From Kofleriaceae bacterium (GTDB lineage Bacteria > Myxococcota_A > Polyangia > Haliangiales > Haliangiaceae), in contig DASXFD010000009.1 in the NCBI GenBank assembly GCA_036489755.1, forward strand, positions 16,304 to 80,303: a stretch of DNA of 64,000 bases. The letters run 5' to 3'. The notes below the pieces were generated by a model. That model made no database searches and was not told the DNA's origin. It worked only from the letters and a program-made list of their open reading frames with translations. The position numbers and the translations under genes are program-made. Shown here in pieces: positions 19,389-28,057 of the stretch (position 1 is its first letter; every line of letters starts with the position of its first letter).

Positions 19389-20287
19389 TGCGCGGCTTGG
19401 TAATGCGTCGCGATCTGCTGCGGCGTCAACGCGTAGCCGTAGACCGCGATCTCGTCGAGCGCGCCCGCGAAGTGGTCGCCGTTGAGATCGGCGCCGATCA
19501 ACCCGGTTGCCATGTACGCCGGCATCGAGCGCACATCGGCGAACGGCATCCCGGCCACGCCGTCGATGTAGAGCGTGAACGCGCTGCCGTCGTAGACGCC
19601 GACGAGGTAGACGTACGTGTTGTTCGGATGTGAGGTGTGCGTCGTCGTCGGCGCCGACGAACCGACGCTGCGCTCGAAGTACACGCCGCTGGCCGAGTCG
19701 ACGAGCGCGTAGCCGTCGACCGGGCTCATCATGCGCGACTCCTTCGAGAACACGACGCGATAGCCCACCGTCACCGGATCGTCGTTCATCCACGCCTCGA
19801 CCGAGTACGCCTGCGTGCCGTTGAACTCGAGCAAATTGCCCATGTCGGACAGCGTGACCATGCAATCCGAGCCGTCGAACAGGACGGCGGGATCGGCATC
19901 GTCGATCGCGCCGGCGACGCCGTAGACGCAGTTGCCGGAGTACGTGCCGTCCACGTGGCCCATCTGATCGAGCGCGACGGGTCCCGGATCGTCGAGTCGC
20001 CAGTACGCGATCGGCGCGTCGGCGACCACGATGTCGCGGTAGCTCGAGCTGGCGGCATCGTGCAGGATCATCGCGTCGGTTTGCGCGTCGGCGAACGAGC
20101 GCGCGTCGACCACGACGTCGCCGCGCGCGCACGTGTTCGTCCCGGTGTCGCACGAATAGCCGTCGGGGCACGGGCACTCCTTGCCCGCGAAATCGAGCTC
20201 GGGAACGCGACACGCGACGAGCGCGATCACGAACGCGAGCGAGGGCCGCACGCGATCATTGTAACGCCGCTCGACGCGCGCGCACAC
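19385..20287 (-). CDS. LamG/concanavalin-A-like lectin domain lipoprotein
   Basis: AYWRLDD...DGTYSGN...FDGSD...FSVEAWM-like ...LYIDGV...GALDEIAVYGYALTPQQI is the LamG (Laminin_G_3) pattern. Lipobox FVIALVAC. Confidence 0.8.
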   Translation of the reverse strand: MCARVERRYNDRVRPSLAFVIALVACRVPELDFAGKECPCPDGYSCDTGTNTCARGDVVVDARSFADAQTDAMILHDAASSSYRDIVVADAPIAYWRLDDPGPVALDQMGHVDGTYSGNCVYGVAGAIDDADPAVLFDGSDCMVTLSDMGNLLEFNGTQAYSVEAWMNDDPVTVGYRVVFSKESRMMSPVDGYALVDSASGVYFERSVGSSAPTTTHTSHPNNTYVYLVGVYDGSAFTLYIDGVAGMPFADVRSMPAYMATGLIGADLNGDHFAGALDEIAVYGYALTPQQIATHYQAAH

Positions 20288-20485
20288 GGGGCGCGTCGCG
20301 TGTGCGCGATGTGGGACATCGGCTCGCGCGGGCAGGCTCGCGCCGGTTTCGATATGATCCGCGAGAACGTCGTGCCCGCACGGCGCTCGTCGGAGCCCGG
20401 GTTGACGTGCTCGTTCACGTAGGCCGCAAACCGCGCCCGGGCCTGTCTCGCGATGGCCTCGGGAGGCTGCAATTGCCGTCGCTAG

Positions 20486-21271
20486 TCAGAACACGAACGG
20501 ATACGTGAACCTGCCGCCGTATTGCGTGCGCGCGAAGGTCGCGTGCTCGATCGCTGCGCGCACACACGTGCCGAGTGGAATGCTCGGCGCCGCCACGACC
20601 GTCACCGATGACACGGCCCCGCTGGCATCGACGTCGACGTGCACCTTGACGACGCCCTTGCCCGTCGTGTGATCGCCGCATGCCTCGACGCGCGTTCGCA
20701 CCGCGGCGATCGCGCTCGAGATGCTCGCGCGATCGAGCGCGTCGGGCAGGTCGTCCGCTCCGTGAGGTCGCGAGAGCTTCTTGCAGCACGCTCCTTCGTA
20801 GTTATTCAGCACACACGAGACCTCGTCGCAGACGGTGTCGGTGTCGGGCTGCTTCGGCGCGTGGTGATCGGTTTGCTGGTCGTAGCGGGCGAGCTTCTGC
20901 GAGAGCTCGGCGACGAGCGCGCGGAGCTCTCGGATCTCGTCGAGCTTGCGCTCGACGTCGCGCTGTTCTTGCTCGAGGCGCGCCATCAGCGCGCGCACCT
21001 CCACATCGGCGGAGCCCCCGCCGCCGGCGGGCAGAACGATCGCGACTGGACGTCGCGCATCGGCGCGCGGCAGCACGATCACGAGCAGCGCGGCGATCGC
21101 CGCGTTGACCACGACGATCGCGACGGCGAGCCAGCGGAGTCGCGCGGGCTTGGCCGGCGCGACGACCGGTCGAAGCACGCGCGCGACGAGCGACGACGCG
21201 TCGACCGCGGCCGGCTCGGGTACGCCCCAGGCGTGCAGATCGACGTCGAGCGCTTCGTCTTCGTGGCTCAT
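20486..21271 (-). CDS. Putative anti-sigma factor, single-pass, TonB-C-like periplasmic domain
   Basis: ATG at 21271 overlaps the sigma-factor stop (ATGA). One TM helix (WLAVAIVVVNAAIAALLVIVL), a coiled coil, and a C-terminal VKVHVDVDASGAVSSVTV...TYPFVF resembling TonB_C. Confidence 0.65.
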   Translation of the reverse strand: MSHEDEALDVDLHAWGVPEPAAVDASSLVARVLRPVVAPAKPARLRWLAVAIVVVNAAIAALLVIVLPRADARRPVAIVLPAGGGGSADVEVRALMARLEQEQRDVERKLDEIRELRALVAELSQKLARYDQQTDHHAPKQPDTDTVCDEVSCVLNNYEGACCKKLSRPHGADDLPDALDRASISSAIAAVRTRVEACGDHTTGKGVVKVHVDVDASGAVSSVTVVAAPSIPLGTCVRAAIEHATFARTQYGGRFTYPFVF

Positions 21272-21870
21272 CGGGCACCTCGGAACGCATCGGGGTAGGT
21301 ACGCACGAGCGTTTCGCGAACGGCCGCGCGTGCACGGGACAGGCGAGACTTCACGGTGCCGACGTCGACGTCGAGCGCCTGCGCGATCTCGCCGTAGTCG
21401 AGGTCGTGATACTCGCGCAGCACGAACGTGACGCGCTGGGCTTCCGGAAGCTCGACGACGGCGCGCGCGATCGCGACGGCGAGCTCGCGCTCGGATGCGG
21501 CGACCGCCGGGTCGACATAGGTGGCCGGCTCGAGCGTCGCGCCGCGCGACGCATCGCGCCGCCGATCGTTGAGGACGACGCGCGTCGCGATCGTGAGGAT
21601 CCACGTCGACAATCGCGCCGGACCCGCCGGATCGAACCGCGCGATGTGCTCGAGCACGCGGATCAGCGCGTCCTGGACGAGATCGGCGACGTGCGCGTCG
21701 CCGCGCGCGCACGCCATCCGCCACACGAGCGCGTGGACCATCGGGTGATAGCGCGTGACGAGCTGCTCGAGCGCCGCGGGCTCGCCTTGCTGGGCTCGGC
21801 GCAGCGCGAGCTCGTCCAGCTCGGCGCGACGGCCCGGTTCGGAGCGCACGGCTGCGATGGCTCGTCCCAT
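21268..21870 (-). CDS. ECF-type RNA polymerase sigma-70 factor
   Basis: 200 aa. Region 2 (DLVQDALIRVLEH, STWILTIATRVVLN) and region 4 HTH (DLDYGEIAQALDVDVGTVKSRLSRAR). Confidence 0.9.
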   Translation of the reverse strand: MGRAIAAVRSEPGRRAELDELALRRAQQGEPAALEQLVTRYHPMVHALVWRMACARGDAHVADLVQDALIRVLEHIARFDPAGPARLSTWILTIATRVVLNDRRRDASRGATLEPATYVDPAVAASERELAVAIARAVVELPEAQRVTFVLREYHDLDYGEIAQALDVDVGTVKSRLSRARAAVRETLVRTYPDAFRGAR

Positions 21871-21879
21871 ATCTACGTT

Positions 21880-21906
21880 GCACACGCGAGCATGCCAGTC
21901 GGTTCC
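21880..21906 (-). promoter_or_regulatory. Candidate ECF-type autoregulatory promoter (GGAAC-N15-CGT)
   Basis: The minus strand reads GGAAC cgactggcatgctcg CGTgt, ending about 13 nt before the sigma-factor ATG. This is a motif match only. Confidence 0.3.
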
Positions 21907-21960
21907 ATCGAAACCACCCGCGAATAACCCTTCGCGGCTCCGCGTAGTTATCATCCGAGA

Positions 21961-23778
21961 ATGGGCCGCCAGATGCTGGTCGCGCTGCTGGTCGCGTGCT
22001 CGTCGCCGCGCGTCATCACGGCGCCGACACCGGCGCCGGCCGCGCCGGTGGCCAGCGGGCCGAGACTGCGCGTCGACCGGCCGGCGGAGCGCATCGGCGG
22101 ACCGCCGACGTGGGCCGATGCGACCGAGATCGATGCGATGCGGCTCTGCCGCGACGATTCCGAGCTGCTCGTGATCGATCGCGGCTGGTTGCGGCGCTAT
22201 CGCACCGCCGACGGCTCGCTCGTCGCCGAGACCGAGATCGGCGAGTCCAAGGACGGCGCCAACCGGCGGCCGACGATCGATTGCCGCGGCAGCGACGGCG
22301 CCGCGCTCGTCGTGACCGGTGCACACTCGCCCGAGATCGTCGATGCCGCGGGCAGCGCGACGGCACCGCCGCAGCCGATCGCCGCGATCGGCGCGATGTT
22401 CACGCACGACGGCGCGGTGCGCACGGTCGACGACGACGGCGCGATCACCGAGTGGCGTGGCTCGGCGATCGCCGCGGCCGGCAGCGCCGGCGATGCGCTC
22501 GAGGTCGGGATCACCGAAGGTGGCACCGTGCTCGCGTACGGCCGCACCGGCAAGAACACGTTTGGCTGGACGATGATCCGCGACGGCGTGCGCACGCAGC
22601 TACCGGCCGCGCAGGCCAGCTCGGAGGCGAAGTCGATCGCGATGGCGCCCGACGGCACGTTCGCGATCGAAGGCGAGCTCGGCTCGATCGCCTGGCTGGC
22701 GAACCGGCAAGGCTACTTCGCGGGCAAGACGCTCTACGACGGCGGGGGCGCGCGGCTCGGCGGGATCGCGGCGAGCGATCGCGGTTTCGCGGTGCTGCAG
22801 GGCGACCTCTATTACCGCACGCGCTACGCGTTCAAGTGGCGCGACGTCGGCCAGCCGTGCGACTCGTTCGCCGACGTCGTCGCGCTCGACGCCGGCGATC
22901 ATCGCGCGTACGTCGGCTGCCCGAACGGCGTGCACGTCATCGACGTTGCGACCGGCAAGGCGTCGGGCGGCGGCGATACGGCGCAAGGCGGCGAGCTCGC
23001 GTGGTCTCCAGGCGGTGAGCGCATCGCGATCCGCGGTACCGGCGGGCACATGACGGTGTGGAGCGGCACGAAACTGATCCAGCGCTTCGACGTCGATGTC
23101 GACGATCATGGCACGTTGTGGTGGACGTCGCCGAGCGAGCTCGGCGGCACCGACGGCGGCCGGCTCGTCGCGTGGCCGCTCGCGACCGGCACCGAGGAGA
23201 CGGTCAAGCCCGAGCTCGACGCTCACCTGCTCGCGCGCCTGCGCGACGGCACGTTCGTCTCCGTGCAACGCCACATGCAGGCCCCCGAGTGGACGTTGGT
23301 CGCGCGCGGGCGCTCGATTCCGATCGAGGCGGGCTGGATCGGCGAGCTCGCCGTCGATCCGGCCGGCACGCGCGCGCTCGTGGCGATCGGCCAATACAAC
23401 GAGAGGCCGTGGAAGTCGCTCGTCGCGTTCGATCTCGCGACCGGCTCGGCGACGCCGTACGCAATGGAAGCCGACGCGATCGCGGCCGGCGACGGCGTGC
23501 TCGTGATCGCACGCGGCGACTCCGCGACGATCCTGCACGATGGCGATCCGCGCACCATCGCCCACGGCGCCGCGATCACCGCGCTTGCGCTCGGTCGCGG
23601 CGTGATCGCGCTCGGCGGCGCGGATGGCTCGGTCTCGCTGTGGACGACCGACGGCGCCGCGCTCGGCAAGCTCACCGGTGCGCGAGGCGAGCTCGACGCG
23701 CTCGCAGTTTCGCAGGATGGCTCGCACCTCGCCGCGACGGGCGTCGACGGCGCGTGGAGCTGGAACCTAGCGCCGTGA
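21961..23778 (+). CDS. WD40/beta-propeller-like lipoprotein
   Basis: Lipobox LVALLVAC. Repeated D-G-x-(V/I)-x-(L/V)-W type strands, e.g. DGSVSLWTTDG and GVDGAWSWNL. Divergent from the ECF operon. Confidence 0.7.
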   Translation: MGRQMLVALLVACSSPRVITAPTPAPAAPVASGPRLRVDRPAERIGGPPTWADATEIDAMRLCRDDSELLVIDRGWLRRYRTADGSLVAETEIGESKDGANRRPTIDCRGSDGAALVVTGAHSPEIVDAAGSATAPPQPIAAIGAMFTHDGAVRTVDDDGAITEWRGSAIAAAGSAGDALEVGITEGGTVLAYGRTGKNTFGWTMIRDGVRTQLPAAQASSEAKSIAMAPDGTFAIEGELGSIAWLANRQGYFAGKTLYDGGGARLGGIAASDRGFAVLQGDLYYRTRYAFKWRDVGQPCDSFADVVALDAGDHRAYVGCPNGVHVIDVATGKASGGGDTAQGGELAWSPGGERIAIRGTGGHMTVWSGTKLIQRFDVDVDDHGTLWWTSPSELGGTDGGRLVAWPLATGTEETVKPELDAHLLARLRDGTFVSVQRHMQAPEWTLVARGRSIPIEAGWIGELAVDPAGTRALVAIGQYNERPWKSLVAFDLATGSATPYAMEADAIAAGDGVLVIARGDSATILHDGDPRTIAHGAAITALALGRGVIALGGADGSVSLWTTDGAALGKLTGARGELDALAVSQDGSHLAATGVDGAWSWNLAP

Positions 23779-23801
23779 CCGATCGCTAGAAGCTCGCTTA
23801 A

Positions 23802-23950
23802 TCCCAGAGCTCGGCTTCGTTGATCCGACGTCCCACGTGCTCGTGCCACGTGCACGTGCTTGTACACGACCCTGCGTCTTTCGAACCAAGGAAGATCGTG
23901 CACGAGCACGTGCATGTGGACGACGAGCCCGGCACAGGTGATCTCTGGGA
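23802..23950. repeat. Nested inverted-repeat element rich in CACGTG palindromes, in a convergent intergenic region
   Basis: Outer 8-bp IR TCCCAGAG (23802-23809) / CTCTGGGA (23943-23950). Inner perfect 13-bp IR CACGTGCTCGTGC (23834-23846) / GCACGAGCACGTG (23900-23912). At least four CACGTG copies. Confidence 0.7.
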
Positions 23951-24856
23951 CTAGTCGCCGAGCAGCGCCGGAATCACGCCGTGCTGCTTCGCCGCGAGCT
24001 TGTCCCACAGCTCGCGATACGCCTCGAACAAGAAGCGACCGCGGCTGCGGAACTGCTCGTGCCAGCCCTGCTCGAACACGATCGACTGGATCGTCTCCTG
24101 CGCGGCCGCGAGCATCTGATCGGTGCCTGGGTGCAGCTTCGGCTCGGGCGCGTCGTCCGCGAACAGCTGGCGGAACGCGACGAGCTCGAGCGCGACCGCG
24201 AGGCTGTGGAACACGAGCCCGAGCGGCCGGCGCGCGCCGCGGATCGACGATCGCGGCATGAAGCCGTTCGAGCCGGTCTCGGCACCGACGCGATCGGTGA
24301 AGAAGCCGTGGACTTGCTCGTCGAGAAACAGCAGCTGGTGCGTGTGCTCGTGGACGAGGAACTCGGCGAGATCGAACGCGCTCGCGCTGGCCGTGGGATT
24401 TGCCCAGATCACGCCGACCGACCGCGTGCTCGAGCCGCCGACCTCTTTGGCCATCTCGACGCAGAACACGCGCTGGATCACGGTGTCGAAGATCTGGCCG
24501 AGCCCGGGGCAGGTCGTGCGCAAGAGCGCCGCGGCGTCGCGCACGCGATCGAGCTTCGCGCGGACGGCCGATGCGTTGCGATTCGCCGCCAGCTCGACGC
24601 ACGTGTCTTCGGTCACCGGCTTGGCGATGTCGCCGGGCTGCGGCGCGGCGACGAACGAGCGCAACAGGCGCGTCTCGATCTCGACGTCGTCGACGAGCTC
24701 GGCCTCCTCGCGCCGCGGATCGCCGATCACGTCGGCGCCTTCGCGCGATGCGAGCCACGCGCCGAGCCGATGACGCATCTCGGGCGCCTCGCCGGGCACA
24801 CCGAGCAAGAAGCCGAGCGTCTGGCGGATCTCGTCCGCGCCGGTCGCGAAGTACAT
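23951..24856 (-). CDS. HExxH-motif domain protein (paralog 2), candidate peptide-modifying enzyme
   Basis: 301 aa. FLVHEHTHQLLFLDE. Shares with the upstream paralog the GGSS...GVIW...LVHExTH...F(L/V)DE...RPL...HS(L/I)AVA(L/T)E pattern. Its ATG lies 1 nt after the upstream stop. Confidence 0.8.
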   Translation of the reverse strand: MYFATGADEIRQTLGFLLGVPGEAPEMRHRLGAWLASREGADVIGDPRREEAELVDDVEIETRLLRSFVAAPQPGDIAKPVTEDTCVELAANRNASAVRAKLDRVRDAAALLRTTCPGLGQIFDTVIQRVFCVEMAKEVGGSSTRSVGVIWANPTASASAFDLAEFLVHEHTHQLLFLDEQVHGFFTDRVGAETGSNGFMPRSSIRGARRPLGLVFHSLAVALELVAFRQLFADDAPEPKLHPGTDQMLAAAQETIQSIVFEQGWHEQFRSRGRFLFEAYRELWDKLAAKQHGVIPALLGD

Positions 24857-24857
24857 A

Positions 24858-25751
24858 TCAGGCCGCCGACACCGAGTGGGCCGGCCTCACGATGTCGCGC
24901 AACAGCTTCGCGCACGTCTCGACGATGAGCACGCCGCGCGGCGCGAGCAGTTGCTTGCGTGCCTGCAGCTCGAGCAGCGAATCGCAGGCGCGCAGCGTCG
25001 ACGGCGCGAGCTTCGCGGTCGGCGGATGGATCGTCGACTCGTTCGCGTGGCCGAGCACGGCCTCGCGGTGGAGCAGTACCTCAGTCGCGACGGCGATGCT
25101 GTGCAGCGCCTTGTCGAGTGGCCGCAGGCGCTCGTAGACCGCACTGATCGAGAAGTTCGCGGGATCGACGAGCAACGCGTCGCTACGATAGTGCCGCGTG
25201 CGGCGCTCGTCCACGAACATCATCAGGTGCGTGGACTCGTGCACGAGCAGCTCGTACAGGGTGTCGGCGTTCCGCTTGTCGGGATCGACGAGATAGATCA
25301 CGCCGAGCGCCAACGACGACGTGCCGCCCTGCGTGTACTTCGAGCGCGGCAGCGCGAGGTAGTTCACGTAGAGGTCGAACACCTCCCAGAAGCTCGCGTC
25401 CTTGGCGTGAAACGCCGCGAGCTGGTCGCGCACGTGCACGGCTTGGCGAGCGGTCACGCTGCGATCGCCGTGCGCGATGCCGAAGTCGGCGTGCTTGTAG
25501 ACCGCGCGATCGTCGAGCGCCGACTGCGAGACGAGCGGCTGGATCAGCGCGGCTTCGCGCTCCGCGTCCTCGACGCACTCGGGCTGGCCGAGCGTCGCGG
25601 CGGGGAGGGCCGGCTGGACCGCGGCGACCCACTTCTGATACGCGCCCTTGAAGTCAGCTGTCTCGAGCTCGGCAACCGGTCGGGTGAAGAACGGTTTGGC
25701 GACCGTGTACAAGAGGTTGTACGCGTACTGCTCTCCGAAGCTGTAAAACAT
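24858..25751 (-). CDS. HExxH-motif domain protein (paralog 1), candidate peptide-modifying enzyme
   Basis: 297 aa. LLVHESTHLMMFVDE. GGAG lies 6 nt upstream of the ATG at 25751. Confidence 0.8.
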   Translation of the reverse strand: MFYSFGEQYAYNLLYTVAKPFFTRPVAELETADFKGAYQKWVAAVQPALPAATLGQPECVEDAEREAALIQPLVSQSALDDRAVYKHADFGIAHGDRSVTARQAVHVRDQLAAFHAKDASFWEVFDLYVNYLALPRSKYTQGGTSSLALGVIYLVDPDKRNADTLYELLVHESTHLMMFVDERRTRHYRSDALLVDPANFSISAVYERLRPLDKALHSIAVATEVLLHREAVLGHANESTIHPPTAKLAPSTLRACDSLLELQARKQLLAPRGVLIVETCAKLLRDIVRPAHSVSAA

Positions 25752-25789
25752 GGGCGGCTCCAGTCGTGGGTCGGCGCGAAAACGTGGAA

Positions 25790-25808
25790 GCGGCGCACGA
25801 AGCGCCGC
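25790..25808 (-). terminator. Stem-loop between precursor ORF and first HExxH gene (attenuator or partial terminator)
   Basis: Perfect 7-bp GC stem GCGGCGC/GCGCCGC with a 5-nt loop, 9 nt after the small-ORF stop. It is followed on the transcribed strand by ttccacgttttcg. Confidence 0.45.
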
Positions 25809-25817
25809 GTCGTGAGA

Positions 25818-25982
25818 TCAGGCGTCCGTCACCATGCGGCGCGGATACGAGACCGAGTCGCCGACTCCGCCGACGACGTTCTCGAGGTGATCGGTCTCGA
25901 TCGCCTCGACGCAGCGCTTCGGATCCTTCTTGGTGGGGGCGATCGTGGTGGTCTGCTCGTCCGTCTTCTTCGTGGGGTTCAT
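25818..25982 (-). CDS. 54-aa double-glycine-leader peptide (candidate RiPP precursor), absent from the ORF track
   Basis: Hand translation: MNPTKKTDEQTTTIAPTKKDPKRCVEAIETDHLENVVGG|VGDSVSYPRRMVTDA. AAAGGAG lies 5 nt upstream of the ATG. Hydrophobic residues at -4, -7, -12 and -15 relative to GG fit the double-glycine leader rule. Confidence 0.6.
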   Translation of the reverse strand: MNPTKKTDEQTTTIAPTKKDPKRCVEAIETDHLENVVGGVGDSVSYPRRMVTDA

Positions 25983-26108
25983 AGAGGCTCCTTTGTCCCG
26001 TCGCGTTGTGCGAGTCCTGCGCCAAGCCTCAAGGCGCCGAAATCGCTCGCCGCCATGGCGGGGGCGCCGTCTACCGGAACTCGCACGTCGCGTCCGCGTG
26101 GCTGCGCT

Positions 26109-26507
26109 CTACCACTCGCCGAGCGACGTGCCGTCGACGAGCTCCATCGCGACGTAGTCGCGGTGCTCGGCGGTGCCGACCTCGTACACCGTGACGACGT
26201 TGGGGTGCGCGAGTCGCGCCATCGCACGCGCTTCGCGCAACAAGCGTTCGCGCGACGCTCGGCTCGCGCCGGCTTGGCCGATCAGCTTGAGCGCGACGCG
26301 GCGCTCGAGCTCCGGATCGTAGGCGGCGAACACGACGCCCATCCCGCCGGCGCCGAGCCGGTTCTCGATCCGGTAGCGCTCGATCGTCGGTTGCGTGACC
26401 GTGCTGCGATCGGTGACCGCCTCGCTCGACCCATCGTCGATCGTCGAGCCCGCGTCCTCGCTCACCGTCATGCCATGCGGCTCGCGCGTCGACGGGTCAT
26501 CGGGCAC
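26109..26507 (-). pseudogene. Truncated Ser/Thr kinase (N-lobe only)
   Basis: 132 aa: GAGGMGVVFAA (P-loop), VALKLI, and ends at ...ELVDGTSLGEW-stop, before the HRDLKP catalytic loop. No kinase-like sequence follows in any frame. Confidence 0.7.
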
Positions 26508-26590
26508 CGCTCCAACGATACGGCCTCGTCGGGCGAACGCGCCACACCATAGCGGCGCAGGTTTGATAGAGTGGTCGGTAGCAGGCAGTC

Positions 26591-28057
26591 GTGATCGGGA
26601 CGTCGATCGGCAACTTCGAGGTGATCGCCCGGCTCGGGCAAGGCGGTATGGGCCAGGTGTGGTTGGCGCAGCAGAAAGAGATCAAGACCAAGGTCGCGAT
26701 CAAGACGCTGTTGCCGCAGATCTCCGCCGACAAGCAACAGGTCCAACGCTTCTTCAACGAAGCGGTCGCCGTCAGCAAGATCAAGCACGCCGGCATCACC
26801 AAGATCTTCGACGTCGGTTATCTCGCGACCGGCGAGGCGTACCTGGTGATGGAGTTTCTCGAAGGCGAGTCGCTCGCGACGCGGATCGCGCGCGTCGGGC
26901 GCTTGCGCGCGGCCGAGCTCGCCGACGTCACGCGCCAGATCGCGAGCGTGCTCGAAGCGACGCACGCGCAGGACATCACGCACCGCGACCTCAAGCCCGA
27001 CAACTTGTTCATCGTCGGCGATGCCGAGCTCGAGCGCGGCGAGCGCGTGAAGGTCCTCGACTTCGGCATCGCGAAGCTGAACGACGCCGCGATCACCGGC
27101 AGCGGTGCGCTCGGCACGCCGCTGTACATGTCGCCCGAGCAGTGGAAGACGCCGGCCGGTGTCGACGGCCGCGCCGACGTGTACTCGCTCGGCTGCATCG
27201 TGTTCGAGATGGCGAGCGGGCGGCCGCCGTTCGTCGGCTCGTCGGTCGGCGAAGCGTGCACGATGCACATGACCGCGCCGGTGCCGTCGCTGCGCGCCCG
27301 CGCGGCCGCGATTCCGGCCTCGATCGACGAGCTCGTGCAACGCATGCTCGCGAAGACGCCGGCCGAGCGGCCAGCTCTGCGCGAGGTCCGCGCCGCGTTC
27401 GCCGAGCTCGAGCACGCGGCGCCCGCAAACGAAGAAGCGTTCGCGTCGACGTTGCCCGAAGGTGCAGCGGTGAGCCCGTCGGCGGCGACCGTTGCGAGCG
27501 CCGCGTCGCTCGGCCACGTCACCACGCTCGGCAGCGCGGCGTCGATGGTCGGCGTACCCGCGGCACGTGCGAGCTCACCGCGGTCGCGGCGGCTGATCGG
27601 CGGCGGTGCGATGCTCGTGATCGCCGCCGGTGCCGTCGCATGGCTGACCACGAACCGTGCGAGCGAGCCGCCCGTCGCGGCCGGATCCGCGGCACCGCTC
27701 GTCGTTGCGCTGCCACCGGCCGTCGATGCAGCGCTGCCCGCGCCGACCAGCCACGTGCACATCGTCGCGATGCCGCGCGGCGCCGAGGTCCGGATCGACG
27801 AGACGCGCGTCGACAATCCCTACGATGGCACGGTCCGTCGCGACGACAAAACACATCACATCATGATCACGCTGCGCGGCTATCACACGCGCACCGAGCA
27901 AGTGTCGTTCGCCGCCGATCGCGACCTCGCGTACGACCTCGTCGTCGAGGCACCGGCGGCGAAGTCGCGGCCCGCGACCACGCAACCCGATCACACGATC
28001 TACGAAGGCACGAAGGGATCGCTCATGACCGCCGATCCGAAGTCGAGTAAGCCGTGA
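26591..28057 (+). CDS. Ser/Thr protein kinase with C-terminal PEGA domain
   Basis: GQGGMGQVWLA, VAIKTL, HRDLKPDN, DFGIAK, MSPEQ. The C-terminal HIVAMPRGAEVRIDETRV is PEGA-like. GTG start. Confidence 0.9.
   Translation: MIGTSIGNFEVIARLGQGGMGQVWLAQQKEIKTKVAIKTLLPQISADKQQVQRFFNEAVAVSKIKHAGITKIFDVGYLATGEAYLVMEFLEGESLATRIARVGRLRAAELADVTRQIASVLEATHAQDITHRDLKPDNLFIVGDAELERGERVKVLDFGIAKLNDAAITGSGALGTPLYMSPEQWKTPAGVDGRADVYSLGCIVFEMASGRPPFVGSSVGEACTMHMTAPVPSLRARAAAIPASIDELVQRMLAKTPAERPALREVRAAFAELEHAAPANEEAFASTLPEGAAVSPSAATVASAASLGHVTTLGSAASMVGVPAARASSPRSRRLIGGGAMLVIAAGAVAWLTTNRASEPPVAAGSAAPLVVALPPAVDAALPAPTSHVHIVAMPRGAEVRIDETRVDNPYDGTVRRDDKTHHIMITLRGYHTRTEQVSFAADRDLAYDLVVEAPAAKSRPATTQPDHTIYEGTKGSLMTADPKSSKP

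Noticed and set aside
16812-20213. 1133-aa minus-strand ORF spanning four annotated genes
   Set aside because: It has an extreme Arg/Ala/Gly composition with no motifs. It is antisense to, or out of frame with, genes that carry clear kinase, LamG, TPR and PEBP motifs. This is a typical high-GC shadow ORF.
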